From Macrostomum hystrix (lineage: Eukaryota > Animalia > Platyhelminthes), in assembly GCA_950097015.1 (NCBI GenBank), contig CATNEN010000038.1, positions 27,900,001 to 27,964,000 on the forward strand: a stretch of 64,000 nt of DNA, read 5' to 3'. Under the pieces are notes generated by a model. It was not told the DNA's origin, did no database searches, and saw only the letters and a list, made by a program, of their open reading frames with translations. How positions within the stretch are numbered: the first letter of the stretch is position 1; each line of letters starts with the position of its first letter. Below, in pieces: positions 51,354 through 64,000 of this stretch. The position numbers and the translations under genes are program-made.

Positions 51354-51734
51354 GGCATTGCTATCACTAAATTTGTTATGTTTTTTTACAGAGAGTTCTA
51401 ACACCATTAGACATTCTATTATTGGTGTAAATTGATGATCGGAATGTAATATTAATTAGAAATACGGCTCCTTTTCATATTTTTGTCCACACTATCAGCT
51501 GTTGTTTAAGTCGATGTTTATTTTTCCGTCTTCGTCTGTGCCGTAAATTTTTTTCAATTGAGTTAATGTTGCTGTGTGTTTATCGATGTATAGAAACAAA
51601 AAAAGAAAAAGAGAAAATATTAATAAATAAATACACAATCCCTCTTTTGGTGTTCTAGATGTTTTATTTTTTGCTGTTTAAACTAATTATTACAAGAAAA
51701 CGTAGCCATCTTGTTAAACGAGATTTCTTATTTT

Positions 51735-52760
51735 CAAATCTGCCAGTAGATTGAGGCAGTTGTCACTTCAGTCTTCTGTGAGTTTCAAAATCTGCCAGTA
51801 GATTAAGGCAGTTGTCATTACTGTGAGTCTCAAAATCTGCCAGTAGATTGAGGCAGTTGTCACTTCAGTCTTCTGTGAGTCTCAAAATCTGCTAGTAGAT
51901 TGAGGCAGTTGTCACTTCAGTCTTCTGTGAGTTTCAATATCTGCCAGTAGATTGAGGCAGTTGTCACTACTGTGAGTCTCAAAATCTGCCAGTAGATTGA
52001 GGCAGTTGTCATTACTGTGAGTCTCAAAATCTGCCAGTAGATTGAGGCAGTTGTCACTACTGTGAGTCTCAAAATCTGCCAGTAGATTGAGGCAGTTGTC
52101 ATTACTGTGAGTCTCAAAATCTGCCAGTAGATTGAGGCAGTTGTCATTACTGTGAGTCTCAAAATCTGCTAGTAGATTGAGGCAGTTGTCATTACTGTGA
52201 GTCTCAAAATCTGCCAGTAGATTGAGGCAGTTGTCATTACTGTGAGTCTCAAAATCTGCCAGTATGCAGTAGATTGAGGCAGTTGTCATTACTGTGAGTC
52301 TCAAAATCTGCCAGTAGATTGAGGCAGTTGTCACTACTGTGAGTCTCAAAATCTGCTAGTAGATTGAGGCAGTTGTCATTACTGTGAGTCTCAAAATCTG
52401 CCAGTAGATTGAGTCAGTTGTCACTTCAGTCTTCTGTGAGTCTCAAAATCTGTTAGTAGATTGAGGCAGTTGTCACTTCAGTCTTCTGTGAGTCTCAAAA
52501 TCTGCTAGTAGATTGAGGCAGTTGTCACTTCAGTCTTCTGTGAGTCTCAAAATCTGCTAGTAGATTGAGGCAGTTGTCACTTCAGTCTTCTGTGAGTCTC
52601 AAAATCTGCTAGTAGATTGAGGCAGTTGTCACTTCAGTCTTCTGTGAGTTTCAAAATCTGCCAGTAGATTAAGGCAGTTGTCATTACTGTGAGTCTCAAA
52701 ATCTGCCAGTAGATTAAGGCAGTTGTCATTACTGTGAGTCTCAAAATCTGCCAGTAGAAC
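51735..52760. repeat. 45/52-bp minisatellite (AAAATCTGCCAGTAGATTGAGGCAGTTGTCATTACTGTGAGTCTC)
   Basis: Two length variants arranged in blocks. Confidence 0.95.
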
Positions 52761-53242
52761 AGTAGATTCGTAGATTAGAACGAAATCATTCACCGAAAGA
52801 AACAAACGAAACTACTTACAGTAGAATAATGGGAATAAATGCAGAAGTAAATATATTGTCAAATATATTAATATTGTTATTTAAATGTGTAATTCCACCA
52901 GCAATAATGACTCCCAACTTAATTTGCTCACGCATGTTACACTGGTAAGCCTGAGACTATGCTAGAAAACTTGATTGGCATGTAGATAGGGGATATTGAC
53001 GGCCATGGGACATTGTTACTTACACACTTTTAAATTCCGTTAACTTTTTTCACAAATCTTTATAATAAGGAGAACACTTTTCTTTAGAACTTTTCTTTGG
53101 TTGGATCAAGTAAATTGAGGCAAGGAATTGGCAAAAAGATAGTATTCATTTTTTGACAGGTTGGGCAACAATCTACAATTATTTCTTCTTCTAAATGCCT
53201 CTTGGAATTCAAAGATTTTTTAACAAATCAGATGGCTTATAG

Positions 53243-53780
53243 ACTCCCAACCTACTGTATCTACTCCCAACCTACTGTATCTACTCCCAACCTACCGCAT
53301 CTACTCCCAACCTACACTGTATCTACTCCCAACCTACTGTATCTACTCCCAACCTACTGTATCTACTCCCAACCTACCGCATCTACTCCCAACCTACACT
53401 GTATCTACTCCCAACCTACACTGTATCTACTCCCAACCTACTGTATCTACTCCCAACCTACTGTATCTACTCCCAACCTACACTGTATCTACTCCCAAAC
53501 TACTGTATCTACTCCCAACCTACTGTATCTACTCCCAACCTACTGTATCTACTCCCAAACTACTGTATCTACTCCCAACCTACTGTATCTACTCCCAACC
53601 TACCGCATCTACTCCCAACCTACACTGTATCTACTCCCAACCTACTGTATCTACTCCCAACCTACCGCATCTACTCCCAACCTACACTGTATCTACTCCC
53701 AACCTACTGTATCTACTCCCAACCTACTGTATCTACTCCCAACCTACTGTATCTACTCCCAAACTATCTTATCTACTCCG
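53243..53780. repeat. 20/22-bp minisatellite (CTACTCCCAACCTACTGTAT)
   Basis: About 26 copies. Confidence 0.95.
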
Positions 53781-54334
53781 TGAGAGACTAGCGTGAGAGA
53801 GTAAAGAGAATAGGATGAGTGAGAGTAAGGTGAGATTGTACAGTTGTGTGAGACAGAGTTGAGTAAGAGAGAGTATGATGATAGAGGGATGTACGTAACG
53901 GACATGAACAAATAGAAGCATTTATCCCTATGAAACGGAAAATCGTGCAGTTAGCAGTTTTTTGTGATTTTATCTTAAAGGTCAGTCCTCAATTCTCCTA
54001 TAATCCAAAGTTTTTTACCAATAATCCCGCGACCATTTTTTCTCACCTTCCCCCCCTGATCTATTTCTGTCGGCTATACAGAATTCAAAGTCATAAAAAT
54101 GATGGCAAAAGAACTTGTTTACACAGAGAAACCTCCCAGGCTAGCCATTAACACAATGCGATCCACTGTGCTGCTTTGCTAAGTGTCCTTTGTAGCGCAA
54201 TTCTTTATTTTTGAAAGCTCAATCTAAAAATCTCATAGCCTGCGTTAGTGGGAAGTAACGAGGCATTTTTCAATTGTGAATTTTACCCTTCCTTTACAAG
54301 AACTTCTAAGCGATCTCATACAAAGCCATCAGCG

Positions 54335-54348
54335 GTTGCCATGGTAAC
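54335..54348. promoter_or_regulatory. RFX X-box GTTGCCATGGTAAC
   Basis: Matches the palindromic X-box consensus; ~1 kb upstream of the candidate first exon at 55368. Confidence 0.5.
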
Positions 54349-54704
54349 ACCAGGAACACCCACCCCAACCTCCTCAGCCGTTTGCGTTACCAGCCAATAG
54401 CTGGATCTTTTAGCCACCCTTGAGACTCTGACGATGGGAATTCCTCCCTTGCCGAGAAAGCTGCAATAAATAAGATTGTGTTGCGAGTGAGGTGTCCAAA
54501 AAACCGTCACCATTTTATTAATTAACAGCATGCTCAACCGTCAGCATCTCGAGTTGGATTTTCAAAATGTCATAGAGATCTTCTTAAAAACAACGATAAT
54601 CAAACAAATAAAAAAGTAATCATTTTAGTCAGGAAATGCGGTCTAGTTCAGTATCGGCTATGGTAAGATATTGATATATAATATTGATTATTATCTGCGT
54701 ATGT

Positions 54705-55112
54705 AGAGAGGGAGAGTGGGTAGAGAGAGTCATGGAGAGTGGGTAGAGAGAGTCATTGAGAGTGGGTAGAGAGGGTCATGGAGAGTGGGTAGAGAGAGTC
54801 ATGGAGAGTAGGTAGAGAGTCATGGAGAGTGGGTAGAGAGGGTCATGGAGAGTAGGTAGAGAGTCATGGAGAGTGGGTAGAGAGGGTCATGGAGAGTGGG
54901 TAGAGAGGGTCATGGAGAGTGGGTAGAGAGAGTCATAGAGAGTGGGTAGAGAGGGTCATGGAGAGTGGGTAGAGAGAGTCATAGAGAGTGGGTAGAGAGA
55001 GTCATGTAGAGTATGTAGAGAGTCATGGAGAGTTGGAAGAGAGAGTCATAGAGAGTGGGTAGAGAGTCATAGAGAGTGGGTAGAGAGTCATTGAGAGTAT
55101 GTAGTGAGAGAG
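54705..55112. repeat. 21-23-bp minisatellite (GGAGAGTGGGTAGAGAGAGTCAT)
   Basis: About 18 copies. Confidence 0.92.
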
Positions 55113-55367
55113 TAGTATTACGAGCAAATATTTTAGTTCTAAAGTGCACAAATTTGAGCAGAGAATATTCTTCTTCAAGCTTACCCAGAAGCTAGTCTAG
55201 GCCGACAGCCGTGACCAAACACTGGAGGCTCTATGAGCTGTGTCATATGCGTAATTCAATATTTCCTCGGGTTACCACTTTGCCAACTCTGAGAAAACAC
55301 GCCACAGAACGCTAAAACTGGCTTGCAATGGCTCTCCGAGTGCCTTGAGCAAACAGTCAATCAATCA

Positions 55368-58300
55368 ATGAAAGCGGAGGACTCTCAGAAATATTTTTCT
55401 TGTTGGCCAGCCTCCAGCTCGCCACTCAAAGCTCGCTGGACCGTCTTGCAGGTGGCGCTGGGATGGACTTAAAGTTTTTAAGGAAACCAAGAGCATTTAT
55501 TTTTGCTTTTTCTACCACTACCATCGACTCCACCCTACCTGAGAATCTACTCTACCTTCGACTCCATTCTACATGAGAATCTACTCTACCTTCAACTCCG
55601 CCCTACCTGAGAATCTACTCTACCTTCGACTCCATTCTACATGAGAATCTACTCTACCTTCGACTCCATTCTACATGAGAATCTACTCTACCTTCGACTC
55701 CGCCCTACCTGAGAATCTACTCTACCTTCGACTCCACCCTACCTGAGAATCTACTCTACCTTCGACTCCACCCTACCTGAGAATCTACTCTACCTTCGAC
55801 TCCACCCTACCTGAGAATCTACTCTACCTTCGACTCCACCCTACCTGAGAATCTACTCTACCTTCGACTCCACCCTACCTGAGAATCTACTCTACCTTCG
55901 ACTCCACCCTACCTAAGAATCTACTCTACCTTCGACTCTACCCTACCTGAGAATCTAATCTACCTTCGACTCCATTCTACATGAGAATCTACTCTACCTT
56001 CGACTCCGCCCTACCTGAGAATCTACTCTACCTTCGACTCCACCCTACCTGAGAATCTACTCTACCTTCGACTCCACCCTACCTGAGAATCTACTCTACC
56101 TTCGACTCTACCCTACCTGAGAATCTACTCTACCATCGACTCTACCCTACCTGAGAATCTACTCTACCTTCGACTCCATTCTACATGAGAATCTACTCTA
56201 CCTTCGACTCCACCCTACCTGAGAATCTACTCTACCTTCGACTCCATTCTATATGAGAATCTACTCTACCTTCGACTCCATTCTACATGAGAAACTACTC
56301 TACCATCGACTCTACCCTACCTGAGAATCTACTCTACCTTCGACTCCACCCTACCTGAGAATCTACTCTACCTTCGACTCCATTCTATATGAGAATCTAC
56401 TCTACCTTCGACTCCATTCTACATGAGAATCTACTCTACCATCGACTCTACCCTACCTGAGAATCTACTCTACCTTCGACTCCACCCTACCTGAGAATCT
56501 ACTCTACCTTCGACTCCATTCTATATGAGAATCTACTCTACCTTCGACTCCATTCTACATGAGAATCTACTCTACCTTCGACTCCATTCTACATGAGAAT
56601 CTACTCTACCTTCGACTCCACCCTACCTGAGAATCTACTCTACCTTCGACTCTACCCTACCTGAGAATCTACTCTACCTTCGACTCCACCCTACCTGAGA
56701 ATCTACTCTACCTTCGACTCCATTCTATATGAGAATCTACTCTACCTTCGACTCCATTCTACATGAGAATCTACTCTACCTTCGACTCCACCCTACCTGA
56801 GAATCTACTCTACCTTCGACTCCACCCTACCTGAGAATCTACTCTACCTTCGACTCTACCCTACCTGAGAATCTAATCTACCTTCGACTCCACCCTACCT
56901 GAGAATCTACTCTACCTTCGACTCCACCCTACCTAAGAATCTACTCTACCTTCGACTCTACCCTACCTGAGAATCTAATCTACCTTCGACTCCACCCTAC
57001 CTGAGAATCTAATCTACCTTCGACTCCGCCCTACCTGAGAATCTACTCTACCATCGACTCTACCCTACCTGAGAATCTACTCTACCTTTCTACTCTACCC
57101 TACCTGAGAATCTACTCTACCTTCGACTCCACCTTACCTGAGAATCTACTCTACCTTCGACTCCATTCTACATGAGAATCTACTCTACCTTCGACTCCAC
57201 CCTACCTGAGAATCTACTCTACCTTCGACTCCACCCTACCTGAGAATCTATTCTACCTTCGACTCCACCCTACCTGAGAATCTACTCTACCTTCGACTCC
57301 ACCCTACCTGAGAATCTACTCTACCTTCGACTCCACCCTACCTGAGAATCTACTCTACCTTCGACTCCACCCTACCTGAGAATCTACTCTACCTTCGACT
57401 CCATTCTACATGAGAATCTACATATTCTCCATCTTTAGATTTTAATCAATTGTCACAATATATCCTATTAATAACTGACGCCATCCAAAGCGGGCCGGGC
57501 CGGCTAGTTGTCAAGGCAACCAGCAGCTGCAGCTACCCCCCCCCGCGCTGACTGACTTAAAACCTAACCAATCCAACAGCCATAGAAAACCAGGGCTGAC
57601 AGACAAACTTAACAATGGCCCCTAGTTTATTGCACCATTGCTATGTGTGACTTATACTGGTCTTTTACTCGCAACGACCAACGTTTCTAATTTCCTGTTC
57701 AGTACTTTAACTTTACCTTAGCAAACGCACACGCTGGCTGCGGCCAATGGCCTATTCAAAATTTAGGAGAGTCAAGATGATTCAGAGATGCCATAGCACA
57801 CACACACACGTCTATGATCGGATCATAAGCGTGGAATACTTTAGTATGATAGTCTGCTGAGTGACAGAACATTATTTGTATGTTTTCATATTTTCTATCA
57901 CACCATTGTCACTTGCGACTGTCACACAATTGTCACTGGGATCTGTCACACCATCGCACTCGTATCTGTCACACCATTGTTCTCATTTGGATCTGTCACA
58001 GCATTCTCACTCGGATCTGTCACAGCATTCTCACTCGGATCTGTCACACCATCGTCACTCGGATCTGTCACACCATTGTTCTCTATTTGGATCTGTCACA
58101 CCATTGTCACTCGGATCTGTCACAGCATTCTCACTCGAATCTGTCACACCATTGTCACTGGGATCTGTCACACCATTGTCACTCGGATCTGTTACAGCAT
58201 TCTCACTCGCATCTGTCACACCATTATCACTCGGATCTGTCACACCATTGTCACTCGGATCTGTCACACAATTGTCACTCGCATATGTCACACCATTGTC

Positions 58301-59789
58301 ACTCGGATCTGTCACACCATTATCACTCGCATCTGTCACAGCATTGTCACTGGGATCTGTCACAGCATTCTCACTCGGATCTGTCACACCATTGTCACTG
58401 GGATCTGTCACAGCATTCTCACTCGGATCTGTCACACCGCAACTTCAGCGCAGCCTGTTCTCTCAGCCCAAGCTGACTCGGGTTTATCCGGAGCCAAGCA
58501 CAGCCACAACATCGCGTCCAAGCGCCGCTGATCCAGATGCTTCGGTCGCCTCCGCGGTGTCAGAGGAGAGCGCCTACGTCAGCGGCAGCGTTAGTCCAGA
58601 CCAAGCTGCTGAACAGCCACCAATCCGCGAGCATTCCAGTCCGCCAGCCGACATCATCAACGACGACGAAGACTTTGAAATCCTGGGCGTCGGTGGCAGC
58701 CGAAAGTGCGTCCATTTCGATGCCACCTCGCCCTGCCGCAGCGGCAGAAGCAGCAGCAGCAGCAGCGGCGGCAGTTGTCGCAAAGCCGGCTGCCGCTCCA
58801 GCGTTGACCCCTGCTCAACGGCATCTGGATCGCGAAGCCGGTGCCACATTCTGACAGTCAGCGAGCAGGTGGACCGCTCGGAGCGCAAGTCCAGTTTCGA
58901 TCTTGGAAGCCGCCGGACGTCACTAGTCGGCCCAATCGGAGTCAGCCGGAGATTCAGCATCGCCGACGCGGCCGCTCTGCAGACGCCACTACCGCCGTCG
59001 CAACAACCGGAGCTGCTGCTCAGCCCTGACGAGGAACAAGAGATTCTCGAGGCTAGCGGCGACGAGTTCAAAGAGCGCCTGAAGCGACTGTTTGGCGTTC
59101 GACACAGCGTCGCCAGCCCGATGCACCACCACCACCACCATCATCAACATCGGAACCATCCCGACCGGGGCTCAAGCCCGGACCTCAAGCAGTCCTGGTC
59201 GAATGTCAACGCTGCAGGCAGCGGACCAGGGGGCGGCCATTCCCAGACCGGTCTTGCCGCCGGCTTCCGCGCCGGTCGCCGGCCCAGCCTGGCTGCCCGC
59301 CTGTTCAACAAGTTGCCCTTCGTTCGACGCAACGATCTGGACGGCGAGGAGGAGGATCCGGAGGATGGCATCGGGTCCAGCAACGGCCTTGGCGGCGGCG
59401 GTGGCGGCGGCGGCGGCGGCGCCGTAGGAGCTACGGGCTCGTCAACTCTGCGCTACTGCGAGATCTGCGGCGAGGCCGACTGCGAGCTGCACGGCAGCCT
59501 GAGCGACATGAACTGCTGCCGGCGCCACCTCACATTGGCCGGCTGCTACCAGACCAAGGAGGAGAGGGAGCGGGCACTCATGCTCGAAAACAACTCGGCT
59601 GCCAGGGTGACAACTCTGCTGGTTGTGCTGGTGTTTCTTGGCCTAATCTTCGCACTGATTGCCCTGTCTGTGCTCAGCAAGAGCAGCAGCAGCAGCAGCA
59701 GCAGCACTGTTAGTACTAAGAGTATTTTAGTAACTCTCACGTCTACAGCGGCAACAACAACTGTGTCCTACGGAGCAACAACCACCTGA
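55368..59789 (+). CDS. Uncharacterised Ser-rich protein with Cys/His cluster and C-terminal transmembrane helix (~468 aa if two exons)
   Basis: GC-rich coding-like exon 58467-59789 after acceptor CTGTTCTCTCAG (alternative in-frame AG at 58448). Candidate first exon 55368-55451 (MKAEDSQ...TVLQ|GTGGCG) is phase-compatible but uncertain. TM segment VTTLLVVLVFLGLIFALIALSVL. Confidence 0.65.
55520..57420. repeat. 34-bp minisatellite (CTACCTGAGAATCTACTCTACCTTCGACTCCACC), ~55 copies
   Basis: Tandem copies with two main variants. Confidence 0.97.
57507..57520. promoter_or_regulatory. RFX X-box-like motif GTTGTCAAGGCAAC
   Basis: One spacer mismatch to consensus; in a GC/CCAAT-containing patch between two arrays. 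Confidence 0.35.
57895..58438. repeat. 24-bp minisatellite (CTCGGATCTGTCACACCATTGTCA)
   Basis: About 22 copies ending within 30 nt of the acceptor of the 58467 exon; inflates ORF 57861..59789. Confidence 0.92.
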
Positions 59790-60134
59790 GAGTCTGTACG
59801 TCAGTCCTGACATGTACTTTAGCTAGATCTAGCTATCTGTATATTTTATTGTTTTGTTATAATGAAATATCGCTGTTTTTCAATCTAGTGGCATCGCGAC
59901 CGTTAAATTTTTTATCAAAAAAGGGACGGTATTACTTTTTCTAATGTTTGAGGGTTTTTTAAAAAATGGCAGAAACCATTTTATTTGGAAAATAATTTTC
60001 ACATAGATAATTCTGCGTGGGTTGGTTAGAATACATTCAAATTAATTAATTTAGTTTGGTTTTCAAAGAGACTGATTAAAAAATGCCATTAAAAACTACC
60101 GATATTCTAAAAAGGTTTTGACAGCCAAAACAAG

Positions 60135-60385
60135 TCCCAAAATCAACAAGAAATCCCAAAATAAACAAGAAATCCCACAATCGACTAGAAATCCCACAAT
60201 CGACTAGAAATCCCACAATCGACTAGAAATCCCACAATCGACTAGAAATCCCACAATCAACTAGAAATCCCACAATCAACTAGAAATCCCACAATCGACT
60301 AGAAATCCCACAATCAACTAGAAATCCCACAATCAACTAGAAATCCCACAATCGACTAGAAGTCCCACTATCAACTAGAAATCGG
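60135..60385. repeat. 19-bp minisatellite (AATCGACTAGAAATCCCAC)
   Basis: About 12 copies. Confidence 0.92.
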
Positions 60386-60659
60386 GAGTTAGAATTATCG
60401 AGTCGATTTCTTTCATGTTTTGTGAGACATGGTAAATGACTGCACATTTTCTAAATAACAGCTCCTATAAACACTCGTCCTAGACATTGCTCATATGTTT
60501 TATTTCATTACCATGAAATTTTATTTGCCTAAATAAAATATTTTAAATGATCGGCACTCGAGTGAGTAATTGTGTTTCAGATTTTACTGTGAAATATTCG
60601 CAGTGAGAATTGTCTGCATTTGGGATCGTTATTTCAATCAGTAAGAAAATACAATCCAG

Positions 60660-63600
60660 TACACGAGGATTTCTATGAATGAGGATTTCTGTGAATGAGG
60701 ACTTCTTTTAATGAGGATTTCTATAAATAAGGATTTCTGTGAATGAGGACTTCTGTGAATGAGGACTTCTGTGAATGAGGATTTCTGTGAATGAGGACTT
60801 CTGTGAATGAGGATTTCTGTGAATGAGGACTTCTGTGAATGAGGACTTCTGTGAATGAGGATTTCTGTGAATGAGGACTTCTGTGAATGAGGATTTCTGT
60901 GAATGAGGACATCTTTGAATGAGGATTTCTATAAATGAGGATTTCTGTACACGAGGATTTCTATGAATAAGGACTTCTGTGAATGAGGATTTCTGTGAAT
61001 GAGGACTTCTGTGAATGAGGACTTCTGTGAATGAGGATTTCTGTGAATGAGGATTTCTGTGAATGAAGATTTCCATTTATGAGCTAGGATTTCTGTCAAT
61101 GGGGATTTCATTTTATGAGGATTTCTGTGAATGAGGACTTCTGTGAATGAGGATTTCTGTGAATGAGGACATCTTTGAATGAGGATTTCTATAAATGAGG
61201 ATTTCTGTGAATGAGGACTTCTGTGAATGAGGACTTCTGTGAATGAGGATTTCTGTGAATGAGGACTTCTGTGAATGAGGACTTCTGTAAATGAGGATTT
61301 CTGTGAATGAGGATTTCTGTGAATGAGGATTACTGTGAATGAGGATTTCTGTACACGAGGATTTCTATGAATAAGGACTTCTGTGAATGAGGATTTCTAT
61401 GAATGAGGATTTCTGTGAATGAGGACTTCTTTTAATGAGGATTTCTATAAATAAGGATTTCTGTGAATGAGGACTTCTGTGAATGAGGACTTCTGTGAAT
61501 GAGGATTTCTGTGAATGAGGACTTCTGTGAATGAGGATTTCTGTGAATGAGGACTTCTGTGAATGAGGACTTCTGTGAATGAGGATTTCTGTGAATGAGG
61601 ACTTCTGTGAATGAGGATTTCTGTGAATGAGGACATCTTTGAATGAGGATTTCTATAAATGAGGATTTCTGTACACGAGGATTTCTATGAATAAGGACTT
61701 CTGTGAATGAGGATTTCTGTGAATGAGGACTTCTGTGAATGAGGACTTCTGTAAATGAGGATTTCTGTGAATGAGGATTTCTGTGAATGAGGATTACTGT
61801 GAATGAGGATTTCTGTACACGAGGATTTCTATGAATAAGGACTTCTGTGAATGAGGATTTCTATGAATGAGGATTTCTGTGAATGAGGACTTCTTTTAAT
61901 GAGGATTTCTATAAATAAGGATTTCTGTGAATGAGGACTTCTGTGAATGAGGACTTCTGTGAATGAGGATTTCTGTGAATGAGGACTTCTGTGTATGAGG
62001 ATTTCTGTGAATGAGGACTTCTGTGAATGAGGACTTCTGTGAATGAGGATTTCTGTGAATGAGGACTTCTGTGAATGAGGATTTCTGTGAATGAGGACAT
62101 CTTTGAATGAGGATTTCTATAAATGAGGATTTCTGTGAATGAGGACGTCTGTGAATGAGGATTTCTGTGAATGAGGACTTCTGTGAATGAGGATTTCTGT
62201 GAATGAGGATTTCTATAAATTAGAATTTCTGTGAATGAGGATTTCTGTGAATGAGGACTTCTGTGAATGAGGACTTCTGTGAATGAGGATTTCTGTGAAT
62301 GAGGATTTCTGTGAATGAGGATTTCTGTGAATGAGGATTTCTGTACACGAGGATTTCTATGAATAAGGACTTCTGTGAATGAGGATTTCTGTGAATGAGG
62401 ACTTCTGTGAATGAGGACTTCTGTGAAGGAGGATTTCTATGAATAAGGACTTCTGTGAATGAGTATTTCTTTGAATAAGGACTTCTGTGAATGAGGACTT
62501 CTGTGAAGGAGGATTTCTATGAATAAGGACTTCTGTGAATGAGTATTTCTTTGAATAAGGACTTCTGTGAATAAGGATTTCTGTGAATGAGGACTTCTGT
62601 ATATGAGGATTTCTGTGAATGACGACAAAGTGAATGAAGATTTCTGTGAATGAGGAATTCTATAAAGAAGGATTTCTGAGAATGAGGATTTCTGTACTCG
62701 AGAATTTCTATGAATGAGGATTTCTGTGAAAGAGGACTTCTTTGAATCAGGATTTCTGTGAATGAGGACTTCTTTGAATGAGGATTTCTGTGAATGAGGA
62801 CTTCTTTGAATGAGGATTTCTGTGAATGAGGACTTCTTTGAATGAGGATTTCTATAAATGAGGATTTCTGTAAATGAGGACTTCTGTGAATGAGGATTTC
62901 TGTGAATGAGGACTTCTGTGCATGAGGATTTCTGTGAATGAGGATTTCTGTGAATGAGGATTTCTATAAATTAGAATTTCTGTGAATGAGGATTTCTGTG
63001 AATGAGGACTTCTGTGAATGAGGACTTCTGTGAATGAGGATTTCTGTGAATGAGGATTTCTGTGAATGAGGATTTCTGTGAATGAGGATTTCTGTACACG
63101 AGGATTTCTATGAATAAGGACTTCTCTGAATGAGGATTTCTGTGAATGAGGACTTCTGTGAATGAGGACTTCTGTGAAGGAGGATTTCTATGAATAAGGA
63201 CTTCTGTGAATGAGTATTTCTTTGAATAAGGACTTCTGTGAATGAGGACTTCTGTGAAGGAGGATTTCTATGAATAAGGACTTCTGTGAATGAGTATTTC
63301 TTTGAATAAGGACTTCTGTGAATAAGGATTTCTGTGAATGAGGACTTCTGTATATGAGGATTTCTGTGAATGACGACAAAGTGAATGAAGATTTCTGTGA
63401 ATGAGGAATTCTATAAAGAAGGATTTCTGAGAATGAGGATTTCTGTACTCGAGAATTTCTATGAATGAGGATTTCTGTGAAAGAGGACTTCTTTGAATCA
63501 GGATTTCTGTGAATGAGGACTTCTTTGAATGAGGATTTCTGTGAATGAGGACTTCTTTGAATGAGGATTTCTGTGAATGAGGACTTCTTTGAATGAGGAT

Positions 63601-63897
63601 TTCTATAAATGAGGATTTCTGTAAATGAGGACTTCTGTGAATGAGGATTTCTGTGAATGAGGACTTCTGTGCATGAGGATTTCTATAAAAAAGGATTTCA
63701 GTGAATGAGGATTTCTGTGAATTAGGATTTCTGTAAATGAGGATTTCTGTAAATGGGGATTTCAGTTTATGAGGATTTCTGCGAATGAGGATTTCCGTTT
63801 ATGAGGATTTCTGTAAATGAGGGTTTCTGTAAATGAGGATTTCTGTGAATGAGGGTTTCTGTGAATGAGGATTTCTGTGAATGAGGATTTCTGTGAA
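60660..63897. repeat. 16-bp satellite (GAATGAGGA[T/C]TTCTGT), ~200 copies with higher-order duplications
   Basis: Identical or near-identical pseudo-ORFs recur at 60721/61445/61909 and 62437/63188. Confidence 0.97.
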
Positions 63898-64000
63898 CTA
63901 GTATGATGATTCTAATTTCAGAGCTTTATAAAATTAGGTCTGATTGGATAAGTTTTGTTTTATTTACTAAAATTCTTTCTGCATTCACTGAAACTTTAAC

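Noticed and set aside
47154-53783. ORFs of 130-250 aa with periodic sequence
   Set aside because: All coincide with the 22-, 5-, 24-, 45- and 20-bp tandem arrays
57861-58466. N-terminal SVTPLSLG repeats of the 642-aa ORF
   Set aside because: Non-ATG start; the 24-bp minisatellite is open in all three frames and ends just before a good splice acceptor, so it is probably intronic

Overview
Eukaryotic (metazoan) genomic DNA with AT-rich unique sequence, GC-rich exons and about 25 unrelated minisatellite arrays. This organisation resembles the flatworm Macrostomum, which is my inference and not proven. I assembled six protein-coding genes by hand: intronless LITAF (+); a 13-coding-exon ELAPOR/KIAA1324-family receptor (-) with a probable GC-AG intron; RPS28 (-); a nucleolin-like protein (-) with its RGG domain at the N-terminus; TENT5/FAM46 (+); and an unrecognised Ser-rich protein with a C-terminal membrane anchor (+) flanked by RFX X-boxes. 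The best non-obvious signal is a box H/ACA snoRNA candidate in a nucleolin intron (28742-28870, -), whose pocket is complementary to a conserved 18S rRNA segment. Also present are two nested TIR elements with 8-bp TSDs, another MITE, tRNA-derived SINE pieces, a dispersed element carrying a minisatellite, and a co-oriented nucleolin-RPS28-ELAPOR cluster that could be an SL trans-spliced operon. Most long ORFs in the supplied track are artefacts of tandem repeats.
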